Positions 19,633-51,988 are shown, counted from the stretch's first letter. The stretch is DNA of 64,000 nt from the human T2T-CHM13v2.0 reference genome, Homo sapiens (GCF_009914755.1 NC_060947.1), one strand, 5' to 3'. Notes: a model not told the origin generated them from the letters alone. Translations and numbers: made by a program.

Positions 19633-20551
19633 CGGATTACTGGTGAAAAATACAGGACAAACCATTGATGCCAAAGATCATTTACCAAGCTAGGTATAAT
19701 GAGAAGCATGGCTTACCCTCCTGAGAAAAAGGAATAAAACCAACTTTTCCAATAAATCTTAAATTTACCCAGTGGTTTGCTACATAACGAAAAGTGTTTC
19801 TCTCCTCCTTTCAGTTTTTGTTGGCATACCACCACCTACTCTGTGGCTGGCTTGCAGGCTGTCATAGTGAATGACGGCCTCCAAATGCCACCGTCCCTTG
19901 GGCCCATTAGTCATGAGCACTGTTCAGTAGAGAAAATAGATTTGAAAATGCTTTCCTAAGGACTCTGGTATTTGTTGATGATATCCAATCTAAAGAATAT
20001 CTATAACGATTGCTCTCTCTCTGCTGGAACTTCAGAGCTCTCTAATTTCCCTGAATTGCCAAAAAAAATGCTATTAGCATTTGGCAGAAGGGTCAAAACA
20101 GTACTATGTAAATAAGTTTTTGTTTGTGACCTTTCAAAGTTCAATCGGCTTTACTAGCAGGAATATACTATCTTGCCTTCCATCAACTGGACTGTTAATC
20201 TTAAAAAAAATAACTCCTTCCTATGTTTGGAAATCATTTGTACCTTATAGTCCTCTTTCTCGATATGAAAACATCCAAGGTGTTGTGATGAGGTTTCCAA
20301 TTTGATTAGAAACAATTTCTTGGAGTCCTATTTTTAAAAACCATGAAGTACACATGAACTGAGTACATGGAATGTAACCTAAATTTGCCTTAATGTTTCA
20401 AGGTTACTATTATAAAAATGAATCACTGTACTATGCTGTGCTACTCTTAAGGGTAATTAAGGTATGCAGGAAAGTTATCCCCTAAGCTGATTCCTGATTG
20501 CTGTTCTTTAATAATTTTCTCCACATTTATCTTACCCTCACTGCAAGACAT

Positions 20552-20710
20552 GGGGGTGGGGGGAGGAGGGAGGTATAGCATTAGGAGATATACCTAATGC
20601 TAAATGACGAGTTAATGGGTGCAGCACACCAGCATGGCACATGTATACATATGTAACTAACCTGCACATTGTGCACATGTAGCCTAAAACTTAAAGTATA
20701 ATAATAAAAA
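20552..20710 (+). mobile_element. Very short 5'-truncated L1PA3-like 3' end
   Basis: G-rich tract to A tail; TSD aagacat at 20545-20551 and 20711-20717. Confidence 0.93.
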
Positions 20711-21399
20711 AAGACATTTCTTCTTGTTGCTATCATCAGAGCTGACTCCAAATAAAATGACTGCTTTCTTGTCTAAAATGGATTAACCAGTTACCTTCTT
20801 AACTAATTCAGCTAAAAGGTTAATGAATAAAAACAGTTTAATATCCTTGCCTTAAATAAAACTAAACTCTTCTCCTAAGCTATATTCTCAGCCTTTACCA
20901 CTTCTCAAAATAACAAATTCCAAGTGCTCATCACCCCTTTCATTTTCCTAAATTTACTTGAAATTTGGGTATTCAGGAATATAGCTAGTCCAGTAAACAA
21001 ATCCAAGTCCACCTGATCCACCCTTTTACAGACTTCAGTGATACCCCTTTTACTTTTGTCTTTCTGAATAACAAGCACCCATCTTTTTAGACTATCCTCA
21101 TATGATGTTTTATATGACATGTTTCTTACGTAATATCTCTCGCTACTAGTATTTTTGTTGCCATTATTCCCTTCCCACACCATATTTCTTTTCTTTTTCA
21201 GAATCAATGCATCATTCCTCAAGCATAGTAGCAACGTATTTGGTCAATGGTTCTCTGTACTAAAAAGTCCAAAGTATATTAGTGTCCTTCACTTGACACT
21301 TAGTAGATACCACCTTGCATCATTCTTTATCCTTGTATCATCAATAGCAGCCAATATTGAATATTTAGTAGGTGAGGCACACAGAGGGGAAGGAGCATC

Positions 21400-21490
21400 C
21401 ATTTTCCAAGGCACTATTAATTTCAAATAGGCTACCTACATTTTCAGATAATGTATTCCAACTTTTAGTTTGGAAAATATGGTCACCATA
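21400..21490. mobile_element. Possible hAT-Blackjack (MER81/MER94-like) end fragment
   Basis: ggaaaatatggtcacc resembles the terminal inverted repeat; only one end is seen. Confidence 0.3.
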
Positions 21491-21632
21491 GGTGAAAAAA
21501 TCATACATGAAACTATCATACATAAAAAATATATACAGTATATAATTAGATTGGCAAAACTCAGTGCTAGAGACAAAATGAACTTAAAGGGCTGGAGGAG
21601 TTTTTTGTTATTTTTTTTTTAAAGATGGGCCA

Positions 21633-21936
21633 GGCCAGCGCGGTGGCTCAAGCCTGTAATCCCAGCACTTTGGGAGGCCAAGGCTGGCAGATCACGAGGT
21701 CAGGAGATCGAGACCATCCTGGCTAACACGGTGAAACTCCGTGTCTACTAAAAATACAAAAAATTAGCCGCACATGGTGGCGGGCGTCTGTAGTCCCAGC
21801 TATTTGGGAGCCTGAGGCAGGAGAATGGCGTGAACCCGGGAAGCAGAGATCGTGCCATTGCACTCCAGCCTGGGCGACAGAATGAGACTCCGTCTCAAAA
21901 AAAATAAAAAAGAAAAAAGAAAAAAGAAAAAAAATA
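21633..21936 (+). mobile_element. AluY-like with a ~16-bp right-arm deletion
   Basis: gagatcgagaccatcctggctaacacgg; cccgggaagcagagatcg lacks cttgcagtgagccgag; TSD aaagat(g/a)ggccag at 21621-21633 and 21937-21949 after tttt/aaag. Confidence 0.93.
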
Positions 21937-22319
21937 AAAGATAGGCCAGTCTGACCCAAAGCAACTAGAGGAGTTTCACAAAGAAAAGACATCTGAGCTG
22001 GTCCCTGACAGTTGAGTCATCTCTGGATACAGTAGAGATGAAAATGGGAGTGAGGTTTCTCATCTGAGCAGGTTTAAGCACCCATTTATATGACTGTCAA
22101 ATATTGCTCAACAGCATCTTACAACATCAGTCAATTCCTTGGCACCTATAATAGATTCTGATGTCAATTGTTAGAAGGCCCTGCCTAATAAATCAGAGGT
22201 TTACCCCTTGGTTCCACATCCCATGTTGCTAGCTCATTCCCTGGCCTCATTTTACTGGGCTTCCTGAGATGGTCCAGTTACATTAGTCAATCAGAAGTTA
22301 ACCAAAATGGCTTAATTGT

Positions 22320-22402
22320 TGGAATGGACTGGAGATACTCCAGCCTGAGAGAGAAAAGAATTCCAGTCGGTGATGCAATATGATCTTAACTCTCAAAGGC
22401 TA
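22320..22402 (+). mobile_element. Possible L3/CR1 fragment
   Basis: actggagatactccagcctgagagagaaaagaa...tcttaactctcaaaggc resembles the CR1 3' region. Confidence 0.35.
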
Positions 22403-23814
22403 AACTAATTCAACATTTTTCTTCTTCATCTCCAAATTGTCGGGGATGATTATATAGAGATAACCTATAATAGACAATGTTGACATAAACCAATGTGTAG
22501 ATCATTTCAAAATAGTAAATGAAAATAAGATAAATACAGATGGGAATCAAATATATAGATAAAACAATTACACCATGTGCATACTCAGGCCCATTAACAG
22601 GGAGGTGAGCAGGGAAAGGCAAGGAAGTTTCATGTTGACACAGAGGAGGTTGGTACAATTTATTGGGTTTCTTTTGAGTAGCCTAGGAAAACTTGGAGGA
22701 GTTAGGATATTAAAAACTGCTTACATGGAGTCGAGTAAGGTAGGGAAAAGGAAAGGAAGCTTGAGCTAAAGCTTGTGAACAGGAATAAGAAAATTTGGAT
22801 GGGGCTTTAGAGGATCTGATAAACAAGCTTCCCTTTATATCTGTTTGTTGGTTTCTTTTATTTCTAGTGCCTCTTAAAATGAGCGTGTTCAAAGCCCTGA
22901 ATCACCAAACAGCTAGTAAAAATTCAGGAATTTGTGAGAGCTATAAAAATTAAGTAGCATTATTATTACTAGAATTATGATTAATATGTAGACATATAAA
23001 CAGACAAATAAGTAGAATTGCTAAAACAAATGTTGCAATCCAAAGATGTCATAGAGATGGCCAGTTAGCATCTTGAAGGTTTCCTATGTATTTCAGGCAT
23101 CTTGTTATTTGCATATATGTTACAGGCATTATGAACAATTTCTAGGAATGACTTATGAACATTATACATATTGTCTAGGAATTGTTTAAAATTCCTGATT
23201 TAACATTCTGCCTATAACATAAATACTAGTTAAAAGGCAAGGAACTTGATCATACACTGGCATCAAATCAGAAGGCACTATTTCTGCAGGCCTGACATAT
23301 AACCAGATAATTGATTATCTATAAAAAATGTAATACAGCATAGGTAATAGCCAAATAACTATACTGTATTTTTTAAGATGCATGTGTAGAAGACTACATA
23401 AAGTAAATGAAAGAATGTAAGTGCAAAGAAAATTTTGATTCAGTCCTTTTTAAAGAAAGTTATAAAACTTCTTATTGAGTTGTACAACCATAAGTCCAAA
23501 CATATGATACATATTTAAAAATCTAACATTTTACAACGTGAAATACCAACATGATGGCTATATTGAAAGTAAGAACATGCTTCCTTCTGGCAATGAGCCC
23601 AAGATATCACTGCTTGGCTGTTGTTAACAAAGATGATGATGATGGCTGGTGATGGCTATAGCATATCTCTGGATTAGGAGCTGATTAGATTAGCTTAGTG
23701 CCTTCAGAGACTAATATCATGTCCCTTGTGGACGAGTTTGCATATGCCATGTTCCATTCACAGATTAAGACTGGTTTAGGCCAGCTAGCTTGCAAATACA
23801 TGCCATAGGGTTTT

Positions 23815-23900
23815 GTTTTCAAGTGTGGGAACTGAAACCCAGAGATCTACAGTGGCTTGAGCTAGGGCACATAGCAAACTAATGAAGGGAAGAAGAGCTT
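23815..23900 (-). mobile_element. MIR core fragment
   Basis: gggaactgaaacccagaga...gtggcttgagctagggcacatagc. Confidence 0.55.
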
Positions 23901-24147
23901 CGTTCTCAGATGAGGAAAATCAAATATCAGGTCCCTGCATGCTCTGGCATTTACCCTTTTCCAAGCTAAAATTGCAGTCCTGGAATCTTTCTCCATGGTC
24001 TGACCACCTTCTTCTTAGGCTAGAAAATCATGACCCTGAGGCCCTCTTCAACTCTCCATCTAATTTGGGAATAGCCCCCACTGCCTGTATTAGAAATAGC
24101 AGCAGCAACAGTACTACTACTACTACATAGCATGCAGTATGGTGACC

Positions 24148-24312
24148 CTTTATATGTGATATCTCTTTTAGTTCCTTTCACAAACCCATCAAGTAAGCAA
24201 TGTTATTATCTTAATTTTATAAATAAAGAAACTGAGGTTTGAAGAAGTTAAGTCACCCAGTTAGTCAGGGATCTAAGCCTTTACCTGCCCAACTCTGAAG
24301 CCCAGACTCTGA
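24148..24312 (-). mobile_element. MIR
   Basis: ttattatcttaattttataaataaagaaactgaggtttgaagaagttaagt. Confidence 0.7.
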
Positions 24313-25769
24313 AGTACAACAATATGTTTCTTTCTCAGCATTGTGTACTGCTCTCTGCCACATCCTTCTCCTAACCCACAATAAACCTGCAAGAAAAATC
24401 TGAAGAGCCATCATAATTCAAACTTTAAAGTGATTTGGTATCACTTACAGCACTCAATAATAATGGCTGAAAAGCAACACAATCCTAGAGAATGACCATC
24501 TGATTTAAGAGCTTAAGTGGGTATGTTTTTCTGGAATATCCCCTTAGAAATGTTTTTTGAACATTTGTTCAAACAAGTTGAAGTCTGGACACCCTCTGAT
24601 GCCTTTCTCAACTGGTTAAATGCCAAGTATGACATAATCTTTCTGCATGTGGTTTGAGTTAGGTGGAAGTATTGTACGTGCCTGAGACACTGGGCAAGCC
24701 CTCCAGAGATGCTTCTAGATCCAGCCAAGAAGGCCCACTGAGGAGATGGCAGCCCTAGAATGATGGGGCTGAGATCAGTAATAGGCTGAGTAATCCTATA
24801 AGCCCCATTTAGGGGGCATCCTTCACCTGACAACTAGGACATTTGTGTTCTCCTAGTCTTTAGGATATTCTCTCATCTTTGGGACAGGTCCCAGAAATGC
24901 CCAGTGGACTTTTCTTGCCTTGTGACTTAAGAGTTTCAGGGGCTCTGACCTTAAACCACTAGGCCAGCATTGCTGTGGCCTTACTTTCCTGCCACAAGTC
25001 ACCTGAGCTCCACCTGCTGTACCATGAAATCATTAGGGAACTGATTAATGTCTTTAAAAGGTGCCTCCTAGTGCACATAACTGGAAGGTACTACAATCCC
25101 AGACAGTTTTACAGTTTTGGCAGAATGGAAATATTCTCTGTGGATAGATTGAATGTCACCTCTTGGCAAGGGTTTGTGGGAGATGGCTGCAGGGCCCTTC
25201 AGCAAAGCTGCCATGTGGCCAAGTCCATGTGATTGATGGGAACATGACTGTGGGAAGAGGCCAATGCTGGTAATGATGGGAGATACTTAAACCTAAGGGA
25301 AATCCCTGAATCCCCAACATCTGTGAGATGGATCAGATGAGGCTAGAGGACAAAAAGCAACAGAAAAACATTCAGCTGATATAAGTATCTAATAAAAGAA
25401 GCAAAGAAGATTAAATCTTATGGGGTTGTTGTCATAGGAAAATTATAGGTGTCAGGTCTGTTTTAACGTTCAAATTAGCAGGTAAAATATACAATGGGAG
25501 TGTTTCAAAGTTTGACACTAATGTAAGTACGGGAGAATCTTTCACTAGGCTACTTTGTACTTCTGAAATTGCCTCCAACTATTCCAGGAAATTGCACAAG
25601 TTGATGCTGTTCCTTGTAACTGAGAATGCTATTCTTTCTCTACCTCCCTCTATGCAAAATGCACCCATACCACTGAAAATTGACAATGTAATCTCCCCAT
25701 ACACTTGGTCTAATACTAAGGGTAGAAAAAGAAACTAAGCTAAAGGCTTCTGCAGATTTTTATTGATTG

Positions 25770-26130
25770 AAGATGACAAGGTTTAAAGGGAATGGATGAG
25801 ATATGTTAATATAGTATTTAGAATGGGAAGTCATGAAGGCCTAAATGAGAGTGGTGGCAGTAAGTATGGAAAGGGGTTGCTGATTGTGAGAAAGATTATA
25901 AAGGAATATCCATAGAACTTGGCAACTGACTGGATTTAGCAGGGCAATGGAAGATTCAGAGATATTGCCAAGATTATTATTCTTAGTGATCAGGAAAAAA
26001 TAGTGGTGCCAGTAAAAGAAGGAAAGGGGTCTGGGAGGGAAGATAAATGAGTTTGAGTTGTCAAATCGAGAGATAGAACAGGCACTGTGAAATTCTGAGG
26101 ATAGAGATTTGGGCTAAAGATAAAATTTCA
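25770..26130 (-). mobile_element. L2 fragment
   Basis: gaaggcctaaatgagagtggtggcagt...agaacttggcaactgactggat...atagtggtgcca...gataaatgagtttg. Confidence 0.65.
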
Positions 26131-26777
26131 GGCAGGCATCACTTGCGCAATCCTTCACCTAAGTCCAAACCTGCTAATTTCCAGTCCCTACAAGTGAAGA
26201 CCACATACAAAGGCTATTTGAAACTTCCAGCTTCTCCCTGTTTGTTGCTAGTCCTCCCCACTTCCCAAATTTTTCTGCTCTCTAATTATCTTCAGAACCT
26301 TACAGTGGAGAAACCTAGTTGACCTCTTTGTCTACTCCAAGCATTTATTGTAAATGTATAATTTTAAGACTGGTTCTTCATATTCCCAAGCACATGTCAT
26401 TTATGAGTAATAAGTGATCCATACTGATTACATTGATCAAACTTTCAATTGCTTTGATAATTATTTATACTGATAAAGAAATTGATATACATGAGGAAAA
26501 CCTAGAAAGAAAAGATCAGATAAGTGCTACTGAATTATGGCGACTCTAGTTTCTGAAGCAAAAATTGTGCATTGACTCCTGTTGAAAAAAAAAAAACTTT
26601 GATAATCTGAAGTCCTTTTTGATTGAATGGGGCAATTTTGGAGATGTAATTGGAATGGTGAAACATTGCAATTTTCCAGATATTTGGATTGTTTCTAGGG
26701 ACAAAAGGACAGAGTATTTATCCTGGAAACTCTGGGAAGTGCATAGAGTAGAAAACTAGTAACACAAAGCATACCTC

Positions 26778-27075
26778 TTTATTTTTTCTTCCTTAGACGG
26801 AATCTCACTCTGTCGCCCAGGCTGCAGTACAGTGGCACCATGTCTGTTCACTGCAAGTTTCACCTCCCAGCTTCATGCCGTTGTCCTGCCTCAGCCTCCT
26901 GAGTAGCTGGGACTACAGGCGCCCGCCACCACACCTGGCTAATTTTTTTATATTTTTAGTAGAGACGGGGTTTCACCGTGTTAACCAGGATGGTCTCGAT
27001 CTCCTGACCTAGTGATTAGCCTGCCTCAGCCTCCCAAAGTGCTGGGATTACAGTCGTGAGCCACTGCACCCGGCC
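26778..27075 (-). mobile_element. AluY-like, antisense
   Basis: gactacaggcgcccgccacc, ccgtgttaaccaggatggtctcgatctcc; TSD core catacctc on both sides. Confidence 0.92.
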
Positions 27076-27219
27076 ACATACCTCATGTTTTTGTACTCTA
27101 AAATTGTTTATTAAAATTATTCTATATTATATAACTTCCAGGTTAGGATGCCTAACAGTCTTGATATTTGCTTCCTCTCTAAAGAACTTGAGGACACAAA
27201 AGTATCGAAGGTCAGAGTG

Positions 27220-27365
27220 AGTCAGAACCTTGGAGATCAATAAATTGAACCACTTTTTTCCATATAAAGAAACTGAGGACCAGACCTAAGAAATGGCTTG
27301 CCAAAGGTTACACAGCAAGTCAATGGCAGAACTAGGACTAGAATCCAGGTATCCTGATCTCCAAA
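27220..27365 (-). mobile_element. MIR (MIR3/MIRc-like)
   Basis: gaaactgaggaccaga...tggcttgccaaaggttacacagcaagtcaatggcagaactaggactagaatccagg. Confidence 0.75.
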
Positions 27366-28204
27366 CTTCCATTTGGGCAACAGCCCCTCCTCTCCTTCTT
27401 CACATCTCCTTCCTGCCCTTGGCCTTGGAAATCCCTAGAGAAATGGGGCTCGCCATTAAGAGGACACAGTGCAAAAGTATGGAGCCCCCAATGCCCATCA
27501 TCTCAAATTTCCGTGCTATATAGCAGCATCACTCCCTCCCCTCACCCAAGTATCTTTTCCTCTTCTCAGCTGAAACATCTACACCTCTGTTACAGCAAGT
27601 GTCTTAGCGTCAAATGGGACATCAAGGGGAAACACAGGTGAAACCTGGGTACCTGTTATTCCCAGAATTTCATTCTCAGATGCCTAAAACTTAAGACCTT
27701 TGCACACATCCATCCTGCTGAAATGTCAGCACACTTCCTGCTTTCCATGTTTTCCTGCTTTCCATGATTTTTTTTTTTTTTTAAATTGTTGAAAAGACCA
27801 AACCTCCTGCTCAGGGGCAGAGACTCACTACTGGGAGAAAAAGTATTGATGGGCATATCTCATTCCTTAAAGTTTGTTAAACTCCTTCCCTATGGTAAAG
27901 AAAGAAAATAATATTACATTTGTATATGCTACAAGAAGTGACTTGATCAAAATCAATACAACAGAAGACTTAGAACCCAAAATTTACACTTCCCATGAAA
28001 AAGATCCATTTTCTGTTTTGTACTGCCTCCCAAGGCTGTTAGAGAAATTAGTGGTCAGAAATGGAGCAGGGGTGGACCCCATTCCCTCATGTATGGTTTC
28101 TTTATGTGGAGCAAGCTTCTATAGTTCTATTCATCATGCATGACACTTTAAAATTTTCCCCTCTGAGACTATTAGCTTGTAAGCTGCTTAAAGAAGGACC
28201 CATA

Positions 28205-34372
<6,168 letters not shown>

Positions 34373-34387
34373 GAGAAGGAACTGTAG

Positions 34388-34563
34388 AGCCAGACATGGT
34401 GGTACATGCCTGTATTCCTAGCTACTCAGGAGGATGAGGCAGGAGGAACTCTTGAGCCCAGAAGTTCAAGGTTGCAGTGTACTGCGATAGTGCCTGTGAA
34501 TAGCTGCTGAACTACAGCCTGGAAAGCAATAGAGAGACTTACATTCCCAAAATTTTGAAAAAA
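34388..34563 (+). mobile_element. FAM (fossil Alu monomer, 7SL-derived)
   Basis: Single monomer with the 7SL-like gcctgtgaatagc motif; flanked by agaaggaactgta and agaaaggcctgta. Confidence 0.8.
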
Positions 34564-34646
34564 GAGAAAGGCCTGTATAGATTCATCTGTCTATCTCTGG
34601 GGCCTAGCATGTGGCCATCAAATACGATGCAATCACTCAAATACAT
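34564..34646 (+). mobile_element. L2 3' terminus (first part at ~28160-28200), split by FAM and L1 C
   Basis: tgtaagctgcttaaagaagg | ...ttcatctgtctatctctggggcctagcatgtgg...cactcaaatac. Confidence 0.55.
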
Positions 34647-35357
34647 GTATATGACACTCTACTAAAAGAGTGATAAAAGAGTGAATGTAATAGAAGATTA
34701 GAATGGAATAGGAAGCCAGAGCAAGAATATTGAGGGCTTGAAATGAAGCTCCTCGAATCTATAATTTCTGACATAGGCTATGACTCTACACCTTTGTGTG
34801 CCATGCAAAACCGAACAACTTCAACATTGGGGTAACTCCCCACAATGTAGAAACTTTGAAAACCGTTCCTCCTTTAGTTCAGTGCCTGTATATTAAGTAT
34901 TCAGCCTTTCTTAAAAAATATATTTGAGGAACTCATCGTTCCCAGGCACTCACTCCAATATGTTGCAAGCAATTTGATTGAAGTATTGCATATATCTTGG
35001 GCTTCAGACCAAGTGTGAGGAATTATACTCCATCAGAAAAATCATTGAGGCAGCTTAAAGTAATGGAAACTGGTGCTTTGGATTAAACCTGTCTCTTTCC
35101 ATCTCTGTTTTTGGTGCCTGGATAATGCCTCTTGGGGGGAAAAAAGCAGAGAGTATATAGTTTGAATACCTTGGAGTTAAAGAGGGAAGAATGGCAAAAT
35201 GGAGAGGAGGTTGAACAAAATATGTTCTAGTCTTTAATTCGGGTCCTAAATGAGACCTAAAGAGCAACATACAAATAAAATCTTCAAACCAGGGGCACCC
35301 CACATGTCAGTATATTCCACTGCCACCGCCCAAGCTTAGAAGATCTGCTCTTTAGAC

Positions 35358-35750
35358 TGTAATACAACTCAGATTGAGCAAAATACCATGTACTCGATGG
35401 CTTAAACAACAAATACTTGTTTTCTCATGGTTCTGGAGTCTAGAAGTCCAAGGTCAAGATGTCAGGGTTGATTTTGCATAAGGACTATCTTCCTGGCTTA
35501 TAAATATCACCTTCTCACTGTGTTCTCACACGGCCTTTCCTCTGTGCACGCACGAAGAGAAAGAGAGCAACCTCTGGTTTCTCTTCCTCTTCTTATAATT
35601 ACACCAGGGGGGCATTAGGGCCCCACCATTATGACCTCATTTAACCTTAATTATATCCCTAAAGGTTCTATCTCCGAATACAGTCACACTGAGGTTACAG
35701 CTTCAACATATGAATTTGGGGATTGAGGAGATATAATTCAGTTCGTAACA
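35358..35750 (-). mobile_element. MLT1A-like MaLR solo LTR
   Basis: tgt...ggcttaaacaac...ggttctggag..gaagtccaaggtcaag...ggccccacc..atgacctcatttaacc..cttcaacatatgaattt...aaca. Confidence 0.88.
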
Positions 35751-35885
35751 GTATTATTAACCATACTTCGCTGATTAAAAGATAAACTGAATCTCAAAGA
35801 GGTTTAGTGATTTTCACATACTAGTAAGTAATAGAAGTCAAGACTAGAACTCAGAACTGTTAGCCCCTGGTCTTGCGTTCTTTGT
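35751..35885 (-). mobile_element. MIR fragment
   Basis: aaactgaatctcaaagaggtttagtgatttt...ctagtaagtaatagaagtcaagactagaactc. Confidence 0.55.
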
Positions 35886-36162
35886 ATTATATTATGTTGC
35901 CTTATAAAATGAGTTAAGAATTGCTCCTTCTGTTTCTATTTTTTATTTGGGAGAATTTGTAGATAATTGGTTAAAAAAATATTTAAGGGTTTGGCAGAAT
36001 TCACCAGTGAACCTATCTGGGTCTGATACTTTCTGTTTGGGAAGGTTATTAATTATTAATTCAATTTATTTAATAGACACATGCCTATTAAGATTATCTA
36101 TTTCTCCTTGTGTGAGTTTTGGTAGATTTTTGTCTTTCAATGAATTGTCCCATTTCAAATAG

Positions 36163-36580
<418 letters not shown>

Positions 36581-36959
36581 TTCTCTCTTTTTTCTCAGCT
36601 AACCTCACTAGAGGTTTATCAATTTTGTTAATCTTTTCAAAGAAACATTTAGCTTTATTGATATTCTCTGTTGATTTCTACTCTTTTATTATTTTATTGC
36701 TTATGGTTCTTTGGACTAAACCTAATCATTTTATAGTCTTTTAAGGTGGAAGCTCAGATGACTAATTTTAGATCATTATTTTCTAATATACACATTAAGT
36801 GCCATACATTTCCCTCTAATGACTGCCTTGGCTGTATGCAACAAAACTTGATGTGCTATATTTTCATCTTAATCTGATGCAAAATATTTTTAAATTTCTC
36901 AGAGCTCTTATTCTCCAGAGCTCTTATTCAACCTATGTGTTATTTAGAAGTGTTTTGTT

Positions 36960-37582
36960 CTAGATCCTTGAGGAATCACCACACTGTCTTCCACAGTGGT
37001 TGAACTAATTTACACTCCCACCAACAGTGTAAAAGCATTCCTATTTCTCCACATCCACTCCAGCATCTGTTGTTTCATGACTTTTACACAAAGAATTACA
37101 AATCATTCTATTATAAAGACACATGCACACGTGTGTTTATTGCAGGACTATTCACAACAGCAAAGAGTTGGAACCAACCCCAAAGCCCATCAATGATAGA
37201 CTGGATAAAGAAAATGTGGCACATATTCACCATGGAATACTATGCAGCCATAAAAAAGGATGAGTTCATGTCCCTTGCAGGGACATGGATGAACCCAGAA
37301 ACCATCATTCTCAGCACATTAACACAGGATCAGAAAATCAAACACATGTTCTCACTCATAAGTGGGAGTTGAACAATGAGAACACATGGACGCAAGGAGG
37401 GGAACATCACACACTGGGGCATGTTGGGGGGTGGGGGTCTAGAGGAGGGATAACATTAGGAGAAAAACCTAACGTAGATGATGGGTTGATGGGTGCAACA
37501 AACCACCATGGCATGTGTATACCTATGTAACAAACCTGCATGTTCTGCACATGTATCTCAGAACTTAAAGTATAATAACAAG
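36960..37582 (+). mobile_element. 5'-inverted, truncated L1PA7-like (antisense 36960-37085, sense 37086-37582)
   Basis: Orientation switch at ctttt|acacaaag; TSD tagaagtg(tt/ag)ttgtt at 36945-36959 and 37583-37597. Confidence 0.88.
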
Positions 37583-37766
37583 TAGAAGTGAGTTGTTTAA
37601 TCTCTAAGTATTTTGAAGTTTTCTATCATTCTGTTATTTATTTCTAGTTTGATTCTATTATTATCTAAGAGAAGACATTGTATAATTTATATATTTTTTA
37701 AGTTTGTTATGGTGCCTTTTATGCCTGAAGTGTGACCAAATGTGAGCTAGAGAAGAAAGTATATTC

Positions 37767-46462
<8,696 letters not shown>

Positions 46463-48614
46463 AAGAAAGTATATTTTACTGTTGTTGAACGAAGTATTCT
46501 ATAGATGTCAATTGGATCCAATTGATTGATGGAGCTATTCAGCTCACTGATCTTCTTGCTGATTTTCTGCCTTATAGATCTGTCAAGAACTAATACACAG
46601 GGGTTGAAATCTGCCAATATAACAGTGGGCTTCTCAATTTTTCCTTGCAGTGCTATAAGTGTTTGCCTCACGTTCTTTGTTTTTATGCATATACGTAAGG
46701 ATTTTTATGTCTTTATGAAGAAGTGAACCCTTGTAATGTTATATTATTAATGCCTCTCTTTATCCTTGTTAATTTTCCTTGTTCTGAATCTGCTTATTCT
46801 GAAATTAATGTTGCTACTCTGTCCTTATTTTTACTTACTTTTTTTTAACTTTTATTTTAGATTTAGGGGAACATGGGCAAGTTTGTTATATAGGTAAATC
46901 GCATATCACAGGGCTTTGTTTGATGTACATATTATTTTATTACCTAGGTAATAAGCATAATAGTCCATAGCTAGTTTTTCGGTTTTCACCTTCATCCCCC
47001 CTCCATGCTCAGGTAGGCCCAGTGTCTGTTCCTTTCTTTGTGTCCATATGTACTCAATGTTTATCTACCACTTATAAGTGAGAACATAAAGTATTTTATT
47101 TTCTGTTCCTGTGTAATATGTCAGTTCGCTTAGGATAATGGCCTACAGCTCCATCTTTCTTGCTACAAAGAACATGATCTAATTCTTGCATATGACTGTG
47201 TAGTATTCCATGATATATTTGTACCACATTTTTAAAATCCAGTTTAGCATTGATGAGCATTTAGGTTGATTTCATGTCTTTGCTTTTGTGAATAGTGTTT
47301 CAATGAAAATATGCATGCATGTGTCTTTATGGTAGAACAATTTATATTCCTTTTGGTATATACCCAATAATAGGTCGAATGGTAATTCTTCTGTGAGTAC
47401 TTTGAGAAATCACCAAACTGCTTTCCACAATGGCTGAACAAATTTCCATTCCCACCAGCAGTCTATAAGCATTCCTTTTTCTCCACAACCTTGCAAACAA
47501 CTGTTATTTTTGACTTTGCAATAACAGCCATTCTGACTGATGTGAGATGATATCTCATTGTGGTTTTGAATTGCATTTATCTAATGGTTAGTGATGTTGA
47601 GCATTTTTTCATGTTTATTGGCCGCATGTATGTCTTCTTTTGAGAAGTGTTTGTTCATGTCCTTGGCCCACTTTTTAAAGGGATTGTTTGGTGTCTACTT
47701 GTTAATTTGTTTTCGTTCTTTATAGATTGTGGATATTAGACCTTTGTTGGATGCATAGTTTGCAAATATTTTCTCCTGTTCTCTATGTTATCTGCTTACT
47801 CTGTTGATAGCTTCTATTGCTCTGCAGAAGCTCTTTCAGTAAATTACGTCCCATTTGTCAAATTCTGGTTTGTTGCAGTTGCTTCTGGCATCTTTATCAT
47901 GAAATCTTTGCTAGGTCCTATATCCCAAATGGTATTTCTTAGATTATCCTTCAGGATTTTTATAGTTTTAGGTTTTACACCAAAGTCACTTTGAGTTATT
48001 TTTTGTATATGGTATAAATAAGGGGTCCAGTTTCTGTATTCTTCATATGTCTAGCGAGTTATCCCAGCAACATTTATTGAACAGGGAGTTCTTTCCCCAT
48101 TGCTTATTTTTTTTTGTCAAAGATTACATTATTTTAGGTGTGTGCCATTATTTCTGGGCCTTTCCTCTATTCTATTCCTTTGCTCTATGTGTCTGTTTTT
48201 CACCAGTACCATACTGTTTTGGTTATCAAAGCATTGTAGTATAGTTTGAAGTCAGGTAAAGTGATGTGGCTGGCATTGGATTTTTTGCTTACCATTACAT
48301 TGGACTTTTGAGCACTTTTTTTGGTTTCCTATGAATTTTAAAATACAATTTTCTAGTTTTGTGAAGAATGTCTTTGATAGCTTGATGAGAATAGCATTGC
48401 ATCTGTAAATTGCTTTGGGCAGTGAGGCCATTTTAAAAATACTGATTCTTGCAATCCATGAACATGGAATGTTTTTCCATTTCTTTGTGTCATCTCTGAT
48501 TTCTTTGAGCAATGTTTTATAATTCTCATTGTAGAGATCTTTCACCTCCCTGGTCAGATGTATTCCTAGGTATTTTATTCTTTTTCTGGCTTTTGTGAAT
48601 GACATTGCATTCTT

Positions 48615-51988
<3,374 letters not shown>

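Noticed and set aside
21633-21660. ggctcaagcc as an Old World monkey AluY diagnostic
   Set aside because: It is a single position. Other diagnostics I recall for that group are absent, and the L1PA2-like copy points to hominids.
36896-36929. 17-bp tandem duplication (cagagctcttattc twice)
   Set aside because: Ordinary slippage duplication in an old L1M with no further structure.
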